A stretch of 64,000 nucleotides of DNA from Prasinococcaceae sp. CCMP 1430 (lineage: Eukaryota; Plantae; Prasinodermophyta). Positions 21,817-31,700 of this stretch are shown piece by piece. Each line of letters begins with the position of its first letter. The first letter of the stretch is position 1. The notes beneath the pieces are model-generated. The model was not told where the DNA came from, made no database searches, and saw only the letters and a program-made list of their open reading frames with translations. The translations under genes and the position numbers were made by a program. Location: positions 176,983-240,982 of the forward strand of contig RQSC01000523.1 in assembly GCA_013416795.1 (NCBI GenBank), in the 5' to 3' direction.

Positions 21817-22509
21817 CACACCAGTTAATGCGGAATATGTGCTCGCCGCGGCCACCTACCTGGCCGAAAGCAACGCACACGTTGTGCATCCCTCGTCCGC
21901 TAGCACGCGTGCAGGGACGCCTTGGATGCACGGTGGAAACGCGTCCTCTCGCGCAGCAGCGCGTACAGGGGCGTCTCCTGGCACGAGTGGACGGAGAACT
22001 GGAGGGTGGCAAAAACATGCAATTCGGGTGCTATGCCGTATGTACCACCGCCACCGCGAGGAGCCTTGGCGGCCCGCCAAAATTTTCCATGCAATTTTGT
22101 GATCAAACGTCAGAATGTGAATATTCCATGCGATTATCACTGCAAATGCCAGTGATGCCCGCACCTGGCCCGCCAGCCTCACTACGAGAGTCGGCAGCGC
22201 CACAGCGCGCGCGCCTGCCTCTGCCCCCTTCCCTCGCCCGGCCGGCGATCGATGTGGGAAGAGGCGCTGTCGCCGCCGCGCCGCGCGGCGGCTGTGGCGT
22301 CCGCCGGTCGTCGCTCCGCGCGCGGACGTGCACACGGGCCTGCGACAGGATTGCGGTTCAAAAGAGGGTTTATTTCTGAAAAAGTCGTGCCGCGGCCCGG
22401 TGCGGGCCGGGCATGCGGCGCGTGGCTGCCACAGGGCACGCGCCTGTCCCCCATCCCCCCCTCCCGCCCACGCGCGTGCCTTGCAGCGCGTCCCATTCTG
22501 CGACTGGCG

Positions 22510-23743
22510 ATGGCGTCTGTGGGCTCGCGCGCGGGCGCGCGGGCGCGTGGGCACGCGGCGCTGCCGCGGCCAGGCGGCGCCGGACCGCGCGGCGCGCGCG
22601 GCGCTCACGTGCACGCGCCCGCAGCTGCTGCCGCTGTGGGGGCTGCTCGTCTGGTGGCTGTGGGTCGTCATCGCGTACTTCCCCAGCAGCTACTCGCAGG
22701 TGAGTTCGCGCGTGCCGTGCGTCCGTGCACGCGCCAGCGAGCGCACGCTGTGACTGTCACGTCCGATCCTTCCCCCCCTACTGCAAAGAATGTCTAGCCT
22801 GACATTGCCTCCACGTCGCCACGCACATCACACACACACGCAGGTGTTCACCAACGCGCTCATTCTGGCCGCCTTCGTCGGGACCGCGATGAACCTCAAC
22901 GTCTACGCCGACGTGCTCGGACGCGGGGCCTTTGCCTACGTCCGAACGCACCTGTTCCTCATTCTGAGGCTCTACCTCGTGCCGTTTTTCGTGGCGGCCT
23001 ACAGCGGCACCGTCGGCCACTCCCCCGGCGATTTTGCCGCGGTCTTCCCTCGCGACGCATCGGTGTGGGCGCCCGCGCTCGCGACCTCGCTCGTGGTGCC
23101 CGTCGCGCTGTACGCCGCGCGGCGGCTCGCGCTCTACATGGGCGTGTGCGTGCTGCTCCTCGGCCCGACGCCTGCTGGGGGCTTTGACGTGGACTATGCT
23201 GGGAGTAGGCACGCCGGCGGCAGCGACTACGGCAATCTGGGCGGCAGCATGCGCTCCTACGCACTGGGTGCGGCAGGCGGCGCCGCCGCGACCGCTACGG
23301 CGCTGAGCGTCGACCAGAAGGGCATGGCAGCAGGTCCGGCGCTGGCGGCGGTGGCCATCGACGAGGCCGCTCAGCCGGCTGGCCCGTTCCCCAAGAAGTC
23401 GCAACAACAACATCGTGCCATGCTCCTCGCGCCCGCGCAGCGAACGCACACAAGCAGCAGCGGAAAGGGAGACGATGGCGTGGCGGGCACTAGGCAAACT
23501 GCCACGCAACCGGCGGCCGCTGCGAGCAGCAGCGCGGCGAGCGTCCGTGGCGTCGGTGTCGACGGCATCACGTCCGTTGCTTTGTCGCCAGCAACCGCGA
23601 GGGACGAGGGCGACACATTGAACGGTGGTGGGCGCGAGCGCGAGCGCGAGCGCGACGGCAGGGGCGGCGAGGACGGCGGCATGGTGGGCGACAGGCGCGG
23701 CGCGGTGGCGGGGGGCGCGGGAGGGGGGGTGCCGCAGCGATAA
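22510..23743 (+). CDS. Uncharacterised multi-pass membrane protein; introns 22519-22624 and 22700-22843
   Basis: Splicing gives MAS-LLPLWGLLVWWLWVVIAYFPSSYSQ-VFTNALILAAFVGTAMNLN...RLYLVPFFVAAYS, with about 4 hydrophobic segments. The second intron has a clear GTGAGT donor and CAG acceptor. Confidence 0.6.
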
Positions 23744-23778
23744 CTGACATGAATGCATGCATGATTGACGCACGCGCC

Positions 23779-24945
23779 TCAATACTCCATGTCCGCGGCG
23801 ATGAGCACGTGGTCGCTGGGCTCGTCATCCGTGGGGAAGGACAGCGCGTCGACGTCATCGCGGTGAGCGAGCGGCAGCGCGGCGGTGGCGCGCATGCCGT
23901 TGCCCACGAAGAGGTAGTCGAGCGTGTCGATGAAGGGCTCGTCCTCCTTGATCTTGGCGTAGTTGGTGAAGTCGGGCTCGCGGCCGTCGACCTGCAGGTA
24001 CGCCGAGTCGAACTTGGACTGCAGCTTGGGCCTCCACGGCTCCCAATCGACAGGGGTGGGGTAGCCCTCCGAGGCCTCGTCGAGGTCGCCCTGCGTGAGC
24101 AGGTCATACGCCGGGTCACCGGGCTTGATGTTGAAGTCGCCGGCGAGGCACAGCGGCGCGCCGTCGGCGTACCCCTGCGCCCACTGGCCCACAAGCGCGC
24201 TGTGGATCGTCATCGCCTTGAGGTCCCAGAACATGCAGGGCATGTGGTAGGTCGCCACCACGAACTCGCTGCTGGAGCGCACGTCGCGCAGGCGCACGCC
24301 GATCGCGCGGTTGTTGCGCCGGCGCGAGTCCAGCCAGTGCTGGTACGCCGAGCGCGCCTTCTTCTTCTCTCCAGCCATCCACGCGGGCGGGCCCGCGCCG
24401 CCGCTGCCGTCACCGCCGCTGCCGCCGCCGACGACCGCCCTCCACAGGCGGATCGGGAGCCGCAGCGCGCCCTTCAGCACGCCGCCCACGCCGCCGCGCC
24501 GCTTGCGCTTGCCCTTGCCGACGATGCCCTCGGCCTCGACCGCCTCGTCGAGCTCCGCGGGCCACGCCTTCGCGTCGGCGATGCGCTTGATCTGGACGCC
24601 CGCGAGCTCGTAGCGCTCGCGCGGCACCGCGAGGCCGACGCCCATGTAGTCGGAGAACGGGCTGGAGTAGAGCGTCTCGAGGAAGGTGTACCCGCGCCGG
24701 TCGAAGAAGGTGTGCAGCTCGCCCGCCCAGCTCATGGAGACCTCCTGCAGGCACACCACGCTGCCGCGCTCCACCTCGTCCTCGAGCTTGGCCTTGACGC
24801 GCTCCAGGCGCGCCGCGGGGTCGAGCGCGGCGGGCGCGCAGCTCGCAAAGTGGTCGCCGCGCGCGAGCGTCTGCGAGAGCACGTTGTACGTCGCCACGCG
24901 CACGCGGCCGCGCGCGGCGGCCGCGGCGACCACCGAGGCGCTCAT
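23779..24945 (-). CDS. CCR4/nocturnin/Angel-type EEP nuclease-phosphatase
   Basis: ATYNVL, CLQEV, AGDFN, FTNY, DTLDYLF and PSDH are the EEP catalytic motifs. Confidence 0.9.
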   Translation of the reverse strand: MSASVVAAAAARGRVRVATYNVLSQTLARGDHFASCAPAALDPAARLERVKAKLEDEVERGSVVCLQEVSMSWAGELHTFFDRRGYTFLETLYSSPFSDYMGVGLAVPRERYELAGVQIKRIADAKAWPAELDEAVEAEGIVGKGKRKRRGGVGGVLKGALRLPIRLWRAVVGGGSGGDGSGGAGPPAWMAGEKKKARSAYQHWLDSRRRNNRAIGVRLRDVRSSSEFVVATYHMPCMFWDLKAMTIHSALVGQWAQGYADGAPLCLAGDFNIKPGDPAYDLLTQGDLDEASEGYPTPVDWEPWRPKLQSKFDSAYLQVDGREPDFTNYAKIKEDEPFIDTLDYLFVGNGMRATAALPLAHRDDVDALSFPTDDEPSDHVLIAADMEY

Positions 24946-25488
24946 CGCGGCCGAACGACCTCCCCGAACGACGCCCGCCTCCGCCCTCCCGAGCGCGTGC
25001 GGTGCGGGGGAGGCCGCGCGCGTGCGCTCCGCGCGCGCGCTGTGGCGCACCCGCAGCTAACCCGGAGCGAGTCCGCCTGCATTCTGACGTACACTCTCCC
25101 GTGATCATTTTAACCATCAAATCAAATGATGCATACTCACCCAAGAGCGAGGCAGGCGCCCTCGCGCGTTTGGTTGCTTTTTGACCTTGACTTGGGGAAC
25201 CGATTCATTTTGATGGCGGTTTCCCGGGGCATGTGCATAGCATGCGCGGTGGCCGGCGCACGCGCACGGCGGGGGGGGGGACGCCTCGGCGGCTGTCTGC
25301 CGCAGCTCTATCCCTGCGGAGGGCCCGCCGCGCGCGTCGCGGCGCGTGGCGCGCGGCGCGGAGACGCCGGCGTGCGCGGTGTGACAGTAGTGGCGAGCGC
25401 GCCGCCGCCTCTTACACGCGAGGCGAGGAGGGAGCGCACGCGCCGCGGTTTCGTTTCTTCGCTGCAGGTGGGGGCGTCGCGCGGTCCC

Positions 25489-27786
25489 TCACTGGCCCCC
25501 TTGGGCAACCTCCCTCGCCGCCACCTGCTGCGCCTGGATGACGGTGATGACGACCGTGTTGATGACGTCCTCCACGGTGCACCCCCTGCTGAGGTCGTTA
25601 ACGGGCAGGCGCATGCCCTGCATGATGGGTCCCATGGCGACGCAGCCCGACGCCTGCTGGACGGCCTTGTACCCGGAATTGCCCGCGTTGAGGTCGGGGA
25701 AGACCAGCACGGAGGCGCGGCCCGCCACCGGGCTTTCTGCGCCCTTGAACTTGACGGCGGCGACGGCTGGGTCCACGGCGGCGTCGAACTGGATGGGCCC
25801 CTCGATGGGCGTGTCGGGGTCGAGGCCGCGCGCGAGCTCGGTGGCGGCGCGCACGTGCTCAATCATGGGCACGCCCTTGCCGCCGCTCTCGCCTGTCGAG
25901 TACGATAGCATGGCGACGCGCGGATCGATGCCGAACGCGCGCGCGGTGGAGGCGCTCGTGGCGGCGATCTCGGCGAGCTGCACCTCGTCGGGCTGCGTCA
26001 CGATGGCGCAGTCGCCGAAGATCTGGACGCGCTCAGGCAGCAACATGAAGAAGATGGAGCTCACGAAGTTGAAGCCCGGCGCCGTCTTGATGACCTGCAG
26101 CGCAGGGCGCATCGTATCCGCCGTGCTGTGACACGCGCCGCTCACCATGCCGTCGATGTCGCCCGCGTGCATCTTCATAGTGCCGTACCAGTTGAAGTCG
26201 TCCGCGAAGAGCTGCGCCGCCTTCTCGCGCGTCATCCCCTTGGCCTTCCGCAGCTCGGTGTATGCGTCGATCAGCGGCTCGTAGTCGGGCGACGCGGGCG
26301 GGTACACGACTTCCACGCCCGTCATATCGAGGTGGTGCCTCTTGGCCAGCGCTGCCACCTCCTCGGGCTTGCCGAGCAGAAGCACGTCGCACAGGCCCCG
26401 GCGCGAGAGCTCGGCGGCGGCTCGCACGACGCGCGGGTCGTTGCCCTCAGGGAGCACGATGCGCTTGCGGTCATTGCGCGCCGACTTGAAGATGCGGTGC
26501 TGGAAGAGCTTCGGCGTGAGCTCGGGCGATGCCGGCTCGCCGATGATCCTGCACAGCGCCTCAGCGTCCACGTTTCGCTCGAACAGCCGCTCCGCCGCCT
26601 CCACCTGCTCCACGCTCTCCGAGCGCAGCTTCCTCTGCCTCTCGGAGACGAGCGCGAGGGTGTCGCGGACGTTGTGCGCGGTGTGCAGGATTGGCAACGG
26701 CATTTCCTGCAGCGTGGCGAGCACCTTCCGCAGCACCTGCGGCACCTCCCCGCCCCCACCGAGCACGATGCCAGCCAGGGGCGGGAAGGCGCCCGACCGC
26801 ATCGCCAGAATGAGCCCCAGGATGATCTCAAGCCGAGAGGCGTGCACCACCAGCAGCGACTTGGGGTGCTCCGACAGCTGGGCGAGCTCGTCGTCCAGGG
26901 TCGAGTCGGCGACCACCACGTTGTGCACCTCGTGCCGCGGCAGCAGGTCCGCGCGGTGGAGCACCGTGGCGTCCAGGGCATCCCGAATGTCGGCGAGCGA
27001 CTTGGCGCTCACCTGCGGGTCGGACGGCAGCACTCCCAACAGGCGGATGTCCCCGGAGGCGAAGCGCTCGTGCAGCGCATCCGCGGTCGCAGCGTGTTTC
27101 TCCCCGGGGACCTTGTTCACCACGACGCCCGCGAGCTTCACGTTCGACTCCGTGAGCTGCTGCGCCATGATGGTGACGTCGCGGAAAATGCCCTCGGTCG
27201 AGCCGCAGGCGTAGGACCTCGTGCCGTCCTCCACTAGTACCACGGGCAGGCTCAGCGCGCTGGCCACCTTTGCGTTCCAGTCCTGCGTGCCCAGGCCGAG
27301 GTCCGTGCCTCCCACGAGCATGAAGTCCTTCCCCTCCTTGATCTCCTCGTACTTGCCGATGATGGTCTCGATGAGCTCGTCCTCCTTGCCAGCGGCGAGC
27401 GCCTCGCGGGCCTCCAGCCTGGTCACGCCCCACATCGCCGAGGGCGCGTCGGCGATGTCGAAGGTGGCGCGCAGGAGCTCGACGTGGGCGTCATCGCCGC
27501 CCTCTTCGCTGTCGGCCACGGGCCGGAAGAAGCCCACCCGGCCGGTCTCCGACGCGGCGTGCAGGATGCCGAGCGACGTGACGGTGCTCGAGCCTGCCGG
27601 GGAGGTGACGAAGACGCCCCTCGCCGTGGCGGCTCCGGTCTCGGCGGCCGCGGGCGGCGCCCCTGGCGCCGCGGCCGGCGCGGCGCTGGACGCCGAGAGG
27701 GTTGAGGCATTGGCTGCGGAGGCGAAGCCCCTCTGGGAAGAGAAGGCGTTCCTCGCGTTTGAGCGCGATGAGGCGGCGGGCACCAT
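25489..27786 (-). CDS. PTA: Phosphate acetyltransferase, long form with BioD-like and DRTGG N-terminal domains; start uncertain
   Basis: RIVLPEGNDPRV, DGMVSGACHSTADTMRPALQVIKT, IFGDCA, IEGPIQFDAA, VFPDLNAGNSGYKAVQ and GPIMQGMRLPVNDLSRGC. Confidence 0.95.
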   Translation of the reverse strand: MVPAASSRSNARNAFSSQRGFASAANASTLSASSAAPAAAPGAPPAAAETGAATARGVFVTSPAGSSTVTSLGILHAASETGRVGFFRPVADSEEGGDDAHVELLRATFDIADAPSAMWGVTRLEAREALAAGKEDELIETIIGKYEEIKEGKDFMLVGGTDLGLGTQDWNAKVASALSLPVVLVEDGTRSYACGSTEGIFRDVTIMAQQLTESNVKLAGVVVNKVPGEKHAATADALHERFASGDIRLLGVLPSDPQVSAKSLADIRDALDATVLHRADLLPRHEVHNVVVADSTLDDELAQLSEHPKSLLVVHASRLEIILGLILAMRSGAFPPLAGIVLGGGGEVPQVLRKVLATLQEMPLPILHTAHNVRDTLALVSERQRKLRSESVEQVEAAERLFERNVDAEALCRIIGEPASPELTPKLFQHRIFKSARNDRKRIVLPEGNDPRVVRAAAELSRRGLCDVLLLGKPEEVAALAKRHHLDMTGVEVVYPPASPDYEPLIDAYTELRKAKGMTREKAAQLFADDFNWYGTMKMHAGDIDGMVSGACHSTADTMRPALQVIKTAPGFNFVSSIFFMLLPERVQIFGDCAIVTQPDEVQLAEIAATSASTARAFGIDPRVAMLSYSTGESGGKGVPMIEHVRAATELARGLDPDTPIEGPIQFDAAVDPAVAAVKFKGAESPVAGRASVLVFPDLNAGNSGYKAVQQASGCVAMGPIMQGMRLPVNDLSRGCTVEDVINTVVITVIQAQQVAAREVAQGGQ

Positions 27787-28720
27787 TACGATCGTGTTCG
27801 TGTCGAAGGGCGCCGGGTGGGTGTCGCTGGGCTGGCACGACGGTGCGATCACGGGCGAGATGTTCGGCGCGGACCTCTTCATGGCGGCGGTGCAAAGCGA
27901 CGGCACGCTCCGCATCGCGGATATGAACAGCAAGAACAACGCCGTGCCGAAGCTCGACGACAAGTGCGAGTCGTGCCAGTCGTGCGGGGACAACTTCCTG
28001 GAGACGTACGGCAAGTACGACGCGACGAGCGGCTTCACGACGGTCGCGTTCGTGCGCGCGATGGCGGCGCCCGACGCGATGGACCTCGACCTCGGTGTGC
28101 GCGACGAATGGACGCGCCTACTCGCGGCCTACGAGCACGGCGACACCGGCGACTTCTCCGTGCAGCACACGAGGGAGACGCGGCAGGACCACCTGTGGGC
28201 GAACTTCTACACCGGCGAGGTGTGCGGACACGACAAGTACCACGAGTGCCGGCCGGACCGCTCGCCGCCGGGACAGGATGGCACCCCGCTAAAGGAGACG
28301 AGAGACCGCCCCGATTGGGAGTGCCCACCGGCGGCGGCACCGCCGCTGCCCCCCCCTCCCGTGGATGAAGACTCCGGCTCGACCGCCGCTCCTGCTCCCA
28401 CGGGGGGCGAGGGCGGCGAGGGCGGCGAGAGCGGTGCTTCCTCCGAAAAGGGCGGCGAGGAGGGCGAGAGTGGCGAGGGTGGCGGCAGTGCCGGGGCGAT
28501 TGGCGCCGTGATCGCTGTGATCGTTCTCGCCGGCGCGGCCATCGGGGGCTACTATGCGTACAAGGCGCAGCGGCGGCGGCGATACCTGCGCATGACGCGT
28601 GCGTTCATGCTGGACGGCATGGGACTCGACGGCGACGATAATTTGGACGGCGTCCTGGGCGACGCGGAGCCCGTGGGCAGCCTGCAGAGCGACGAGGGGA
28701 AGAGCGCAGGTGGTGTGTGA
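27690..28720 (+). CDS. DOMON-domain type-I membrane protein (probably heme-binding); 5' end missing or overlapping PTA
   Basis: GWVSLGW...GEMFGADL (Met ligand)...TTVAFVRAM...DLDL...FSVQH (His ligand). C-terminal TM AIGAVIAVIVLAGAAIGGYYAY followed by KAQRRRR. Confidence 0.75.
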
Positions 28721-28752
28721 CCGGGTCTCATTTATAAACACGTTGACATTCT

Positions 28753-31700
28753 TCACTTGCGCGCCGCGGTCGCGAATGCGAAGCCCGGCGTGTTGGCGGG
28801 CGCAGCGGGCGTCGCTGCCACGGGCGCTCGCGCCGCCCCCGGCGTGGCATTGCTCGCGACGCCGGCGCCGAGCGCCTGCTGCAGCTGCGCCTTGACGTTG
28901 GGAGGCAGCGCCCCCACCACGGCAGCGAAAGGCACCTGTGCTGCCCTCGCGAGGCGCTGGATGATGCTGCCCGCCGTCCCTCCGCCGACCCTCGCCAGCG
29001 TGGGCAGCGCGACCGACAAGAAGGCCGCGCGCTCGGCGTCATCGTCGAGCAGCGCCGCGCCGCTCGCAAGCAAGCCCATGTGTGCCACGGCACCGTCATC
29101 ACTAGCGGCCAGCCGCGCGAGCCTCGCAACGAAATCGGGGCCCGCGTCTGCGAACGCGCGGCGCGCGAGAGCCCTGTGCGCCGCGCTTCCGCCCGCACCG
29201 GCGCGCAGCAGGACGCGCCAGTGCAGATCCGTGCGCGGCTCACACACGGCCGCCAGCGCCTCCGTAGCGAGCGCATCGTCGGAGCACCCCTCCACGAGGG
29301 CGGGCAGCGCGCGGATGGCAGCTGCGAGCGCCGCGTCGCGATCGGTCTCGCGCAGCAGCATCACTGCCACCGCGAGGAGGAGGTCGGCGTCCGCACTGCC
29401 GCCGCCGTCCGCCCGAGAATCAACAGAACAGATGGCCTCGAAGAGCTGGCTCGCGCGGGACGAGGCCTCCGATCCGTCACATTCGTGCGCACGCACGATC
29501 TCGCCCTTGAGCAGCTCGAGCCACCCGGCGCGCAGCGCTTCCCCGTGAGGCTCCAGCAGCAGGACGTCCACAACGCCCGCCTCAGCCTCCGCCCCAGGTG
29601 TGCTCGAGGCGCCTGTGACGCCGGCACGCCACACCGCGACATCCGCGGCGGCAACGAGCACCTCCCGGCGCACGTGCGCGCCGACCCACTCGGCATAGCC
29701 GGCGTACTGCGGCGCGCGCGCGGCGCCGTTCCCCAGCACCTGCGCTGCGTGCTTTGCGAGTACGCTCACCACCCTCTTGAGGGATTGCACGTCGCCCGCA
29801 GCCGCCTGTGCCACGACGAAGCCAGCTGCCAACTGCGCGGTGCCCGCGACGACATCGGGCGGCGCAGGAGCAGCGGAAACGCTTTGGTCGCCCCCGTCGC
29901 CGTTGGCACTCGCATCGCCGCTGGACGGTGCCGACGTCGAGTTGCTGCGGAGCGCGCTCATGACCTGCACCTGGAATTGTTCGAGGAGCATGTGGCCCTC
30001 GATGTCAGGGTCGGCAGCATCGCGGAAGACACCCATGAGGCGCACCAGCAGCCGCAGGCCCCACACTCTCAGACCCTGCGCATCGCAAGTCGCTAGCTTG
30101 TAGCCCAGCCCGATGGCCTCGCCCAGATGCAGTACGAGCCACTCGCCACCAGACGACTCTCGTGCCAGCGCGAGGTCAAAGTGAGCACGGTTGTCCCCGA
30201 CGCTCCCAGGCACGCGCAGCAGGCACTCGGCGGCGAAAGCGCGCGTCTTGAACCCGAGTTTTGCGTCGGACGCGTCGGCCTCGAGGTGGTCGCTGCTGGA
30301 CGCGCGCCCGGCTGCGCCGCTTGCTGCACTATCAGGCGGAGGGGGCGCGGTCGCCACCGCGCCGCTGTCATCATCAGCGCCCCCACCGATGCCGTCCTCG
30401 CCGCCACCATCGTCCTCAAAAGCCACATCGCCTCCTTCGCTTTCACCCCCGCCATCGCTGACCGTGCTGTTGAGCGAAGCGTCGGTCCCAAGCGTGGCGT
30501 CGAGTGCTATGCTCGAGCACACTGCAATCCAGCGCCTCGGGTGCGACTCGCACTGCGTGTCGAGAAGCCGCGTGATAGTCTGCCGCAAGACATCAGTGAC
30601 GCTCGCCTCCGTCTCCCTGTCGAGCGCGGCGAAGAGGTCGCGCTCCAGGCCGGCACCCCATGCGTCCACAGCACACACGGCGGGCGCTCCGCTCTCCACG
30701 AGATGGCGGAGGGTGACCGCGGCAGCGCGCCGCAACCGCGGCTGGCGCGAGCGCAGCGTGCGCCGCAGCACGCCCAGACGCGGCGGCATCTGCGGCGCGA
30801 AGAGCGCCAGCTGCTGGGCGAACATGACGCTCTCCATCGCTGTCGCGGGATCTGATGTGTACTCGCCACGCGCATAGCCCATTGCGTCCTCGCCAGTCAC
30901 CTCACCGACGACAGCCGCGCACTGCGTGTACACCGCCGAACCGGGCGTGAGCTCGGGCCCAATCGTCGCAATGCTCGCGTTGACGATGCGCGCGACGCAC
31001 TGCCCGAGTGCGGCGGTGGTAGCCGCGTCCACCATGAGCAGATTTGTAGCGAGCTCGAGGACGCTGCGCACGCGGGGCACGTACGCGGCGCCGGCGGACT
31101 GGGCCACGAGCGCGAGCGCGTGAAGCGCCCACACATGGTGATCGCGCCCGTCGGTCGGGCGCGCAGCCGCAGTCATGAGCGCATCCACCGACCGGCCAAC
31201 TGCCGCCCGAAGCGCCATGCCACCCACCGAGCGGTTGATCGACCCGAGCGCGAGTGCTGCTGCCGGAGTTGCGAGGCCCGCAGGGTCCGCCTTGACGCGC
31301 TGTGAGAGCACCTTGCACTTGCGCTCGGCCGCGTCGGCGCCACCAAGCTTGCAAGTCAGGGCGAGGCACTCGGCGCCAGCGCGCCGCAGCCCGCGCCACG
31401 GGGTGCCGAGCAGCACCTGGGCTGTCCGGGCGGCCAGGGCGAGCGCGTCGTTGTCTACTTTGCAGCCACGCGCGGCTGTGACTTTCATCGCGAGTAGTAG
31501 CGCGATGGCTGATACCGTCAAGCCGCCGGCCCGTGCGGTCGCCCTGCTGTGCACGCTCTCCATGATCTGCTTCTGCATGGCGGGTGGGCTCACCGAGAAG
31601 CACTGCGCAAGTGCGCGCAGCGCGCAGGTCGTAAGCGCGGCCGATAAACTCTGCTGCTGCGCAAACGCAGCCTCCGTGGCCGCATCCCAAGAGGCGGCGA

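Noticed and set aside
2744-27786. Carbon-metabolism cluster (transaldolase, 6PGL, PTA)
   Set aside because: The genes are 17 kb and 4-5 kb apart and separated by unrelated genes; consistent with chance in a gene-dense genome.
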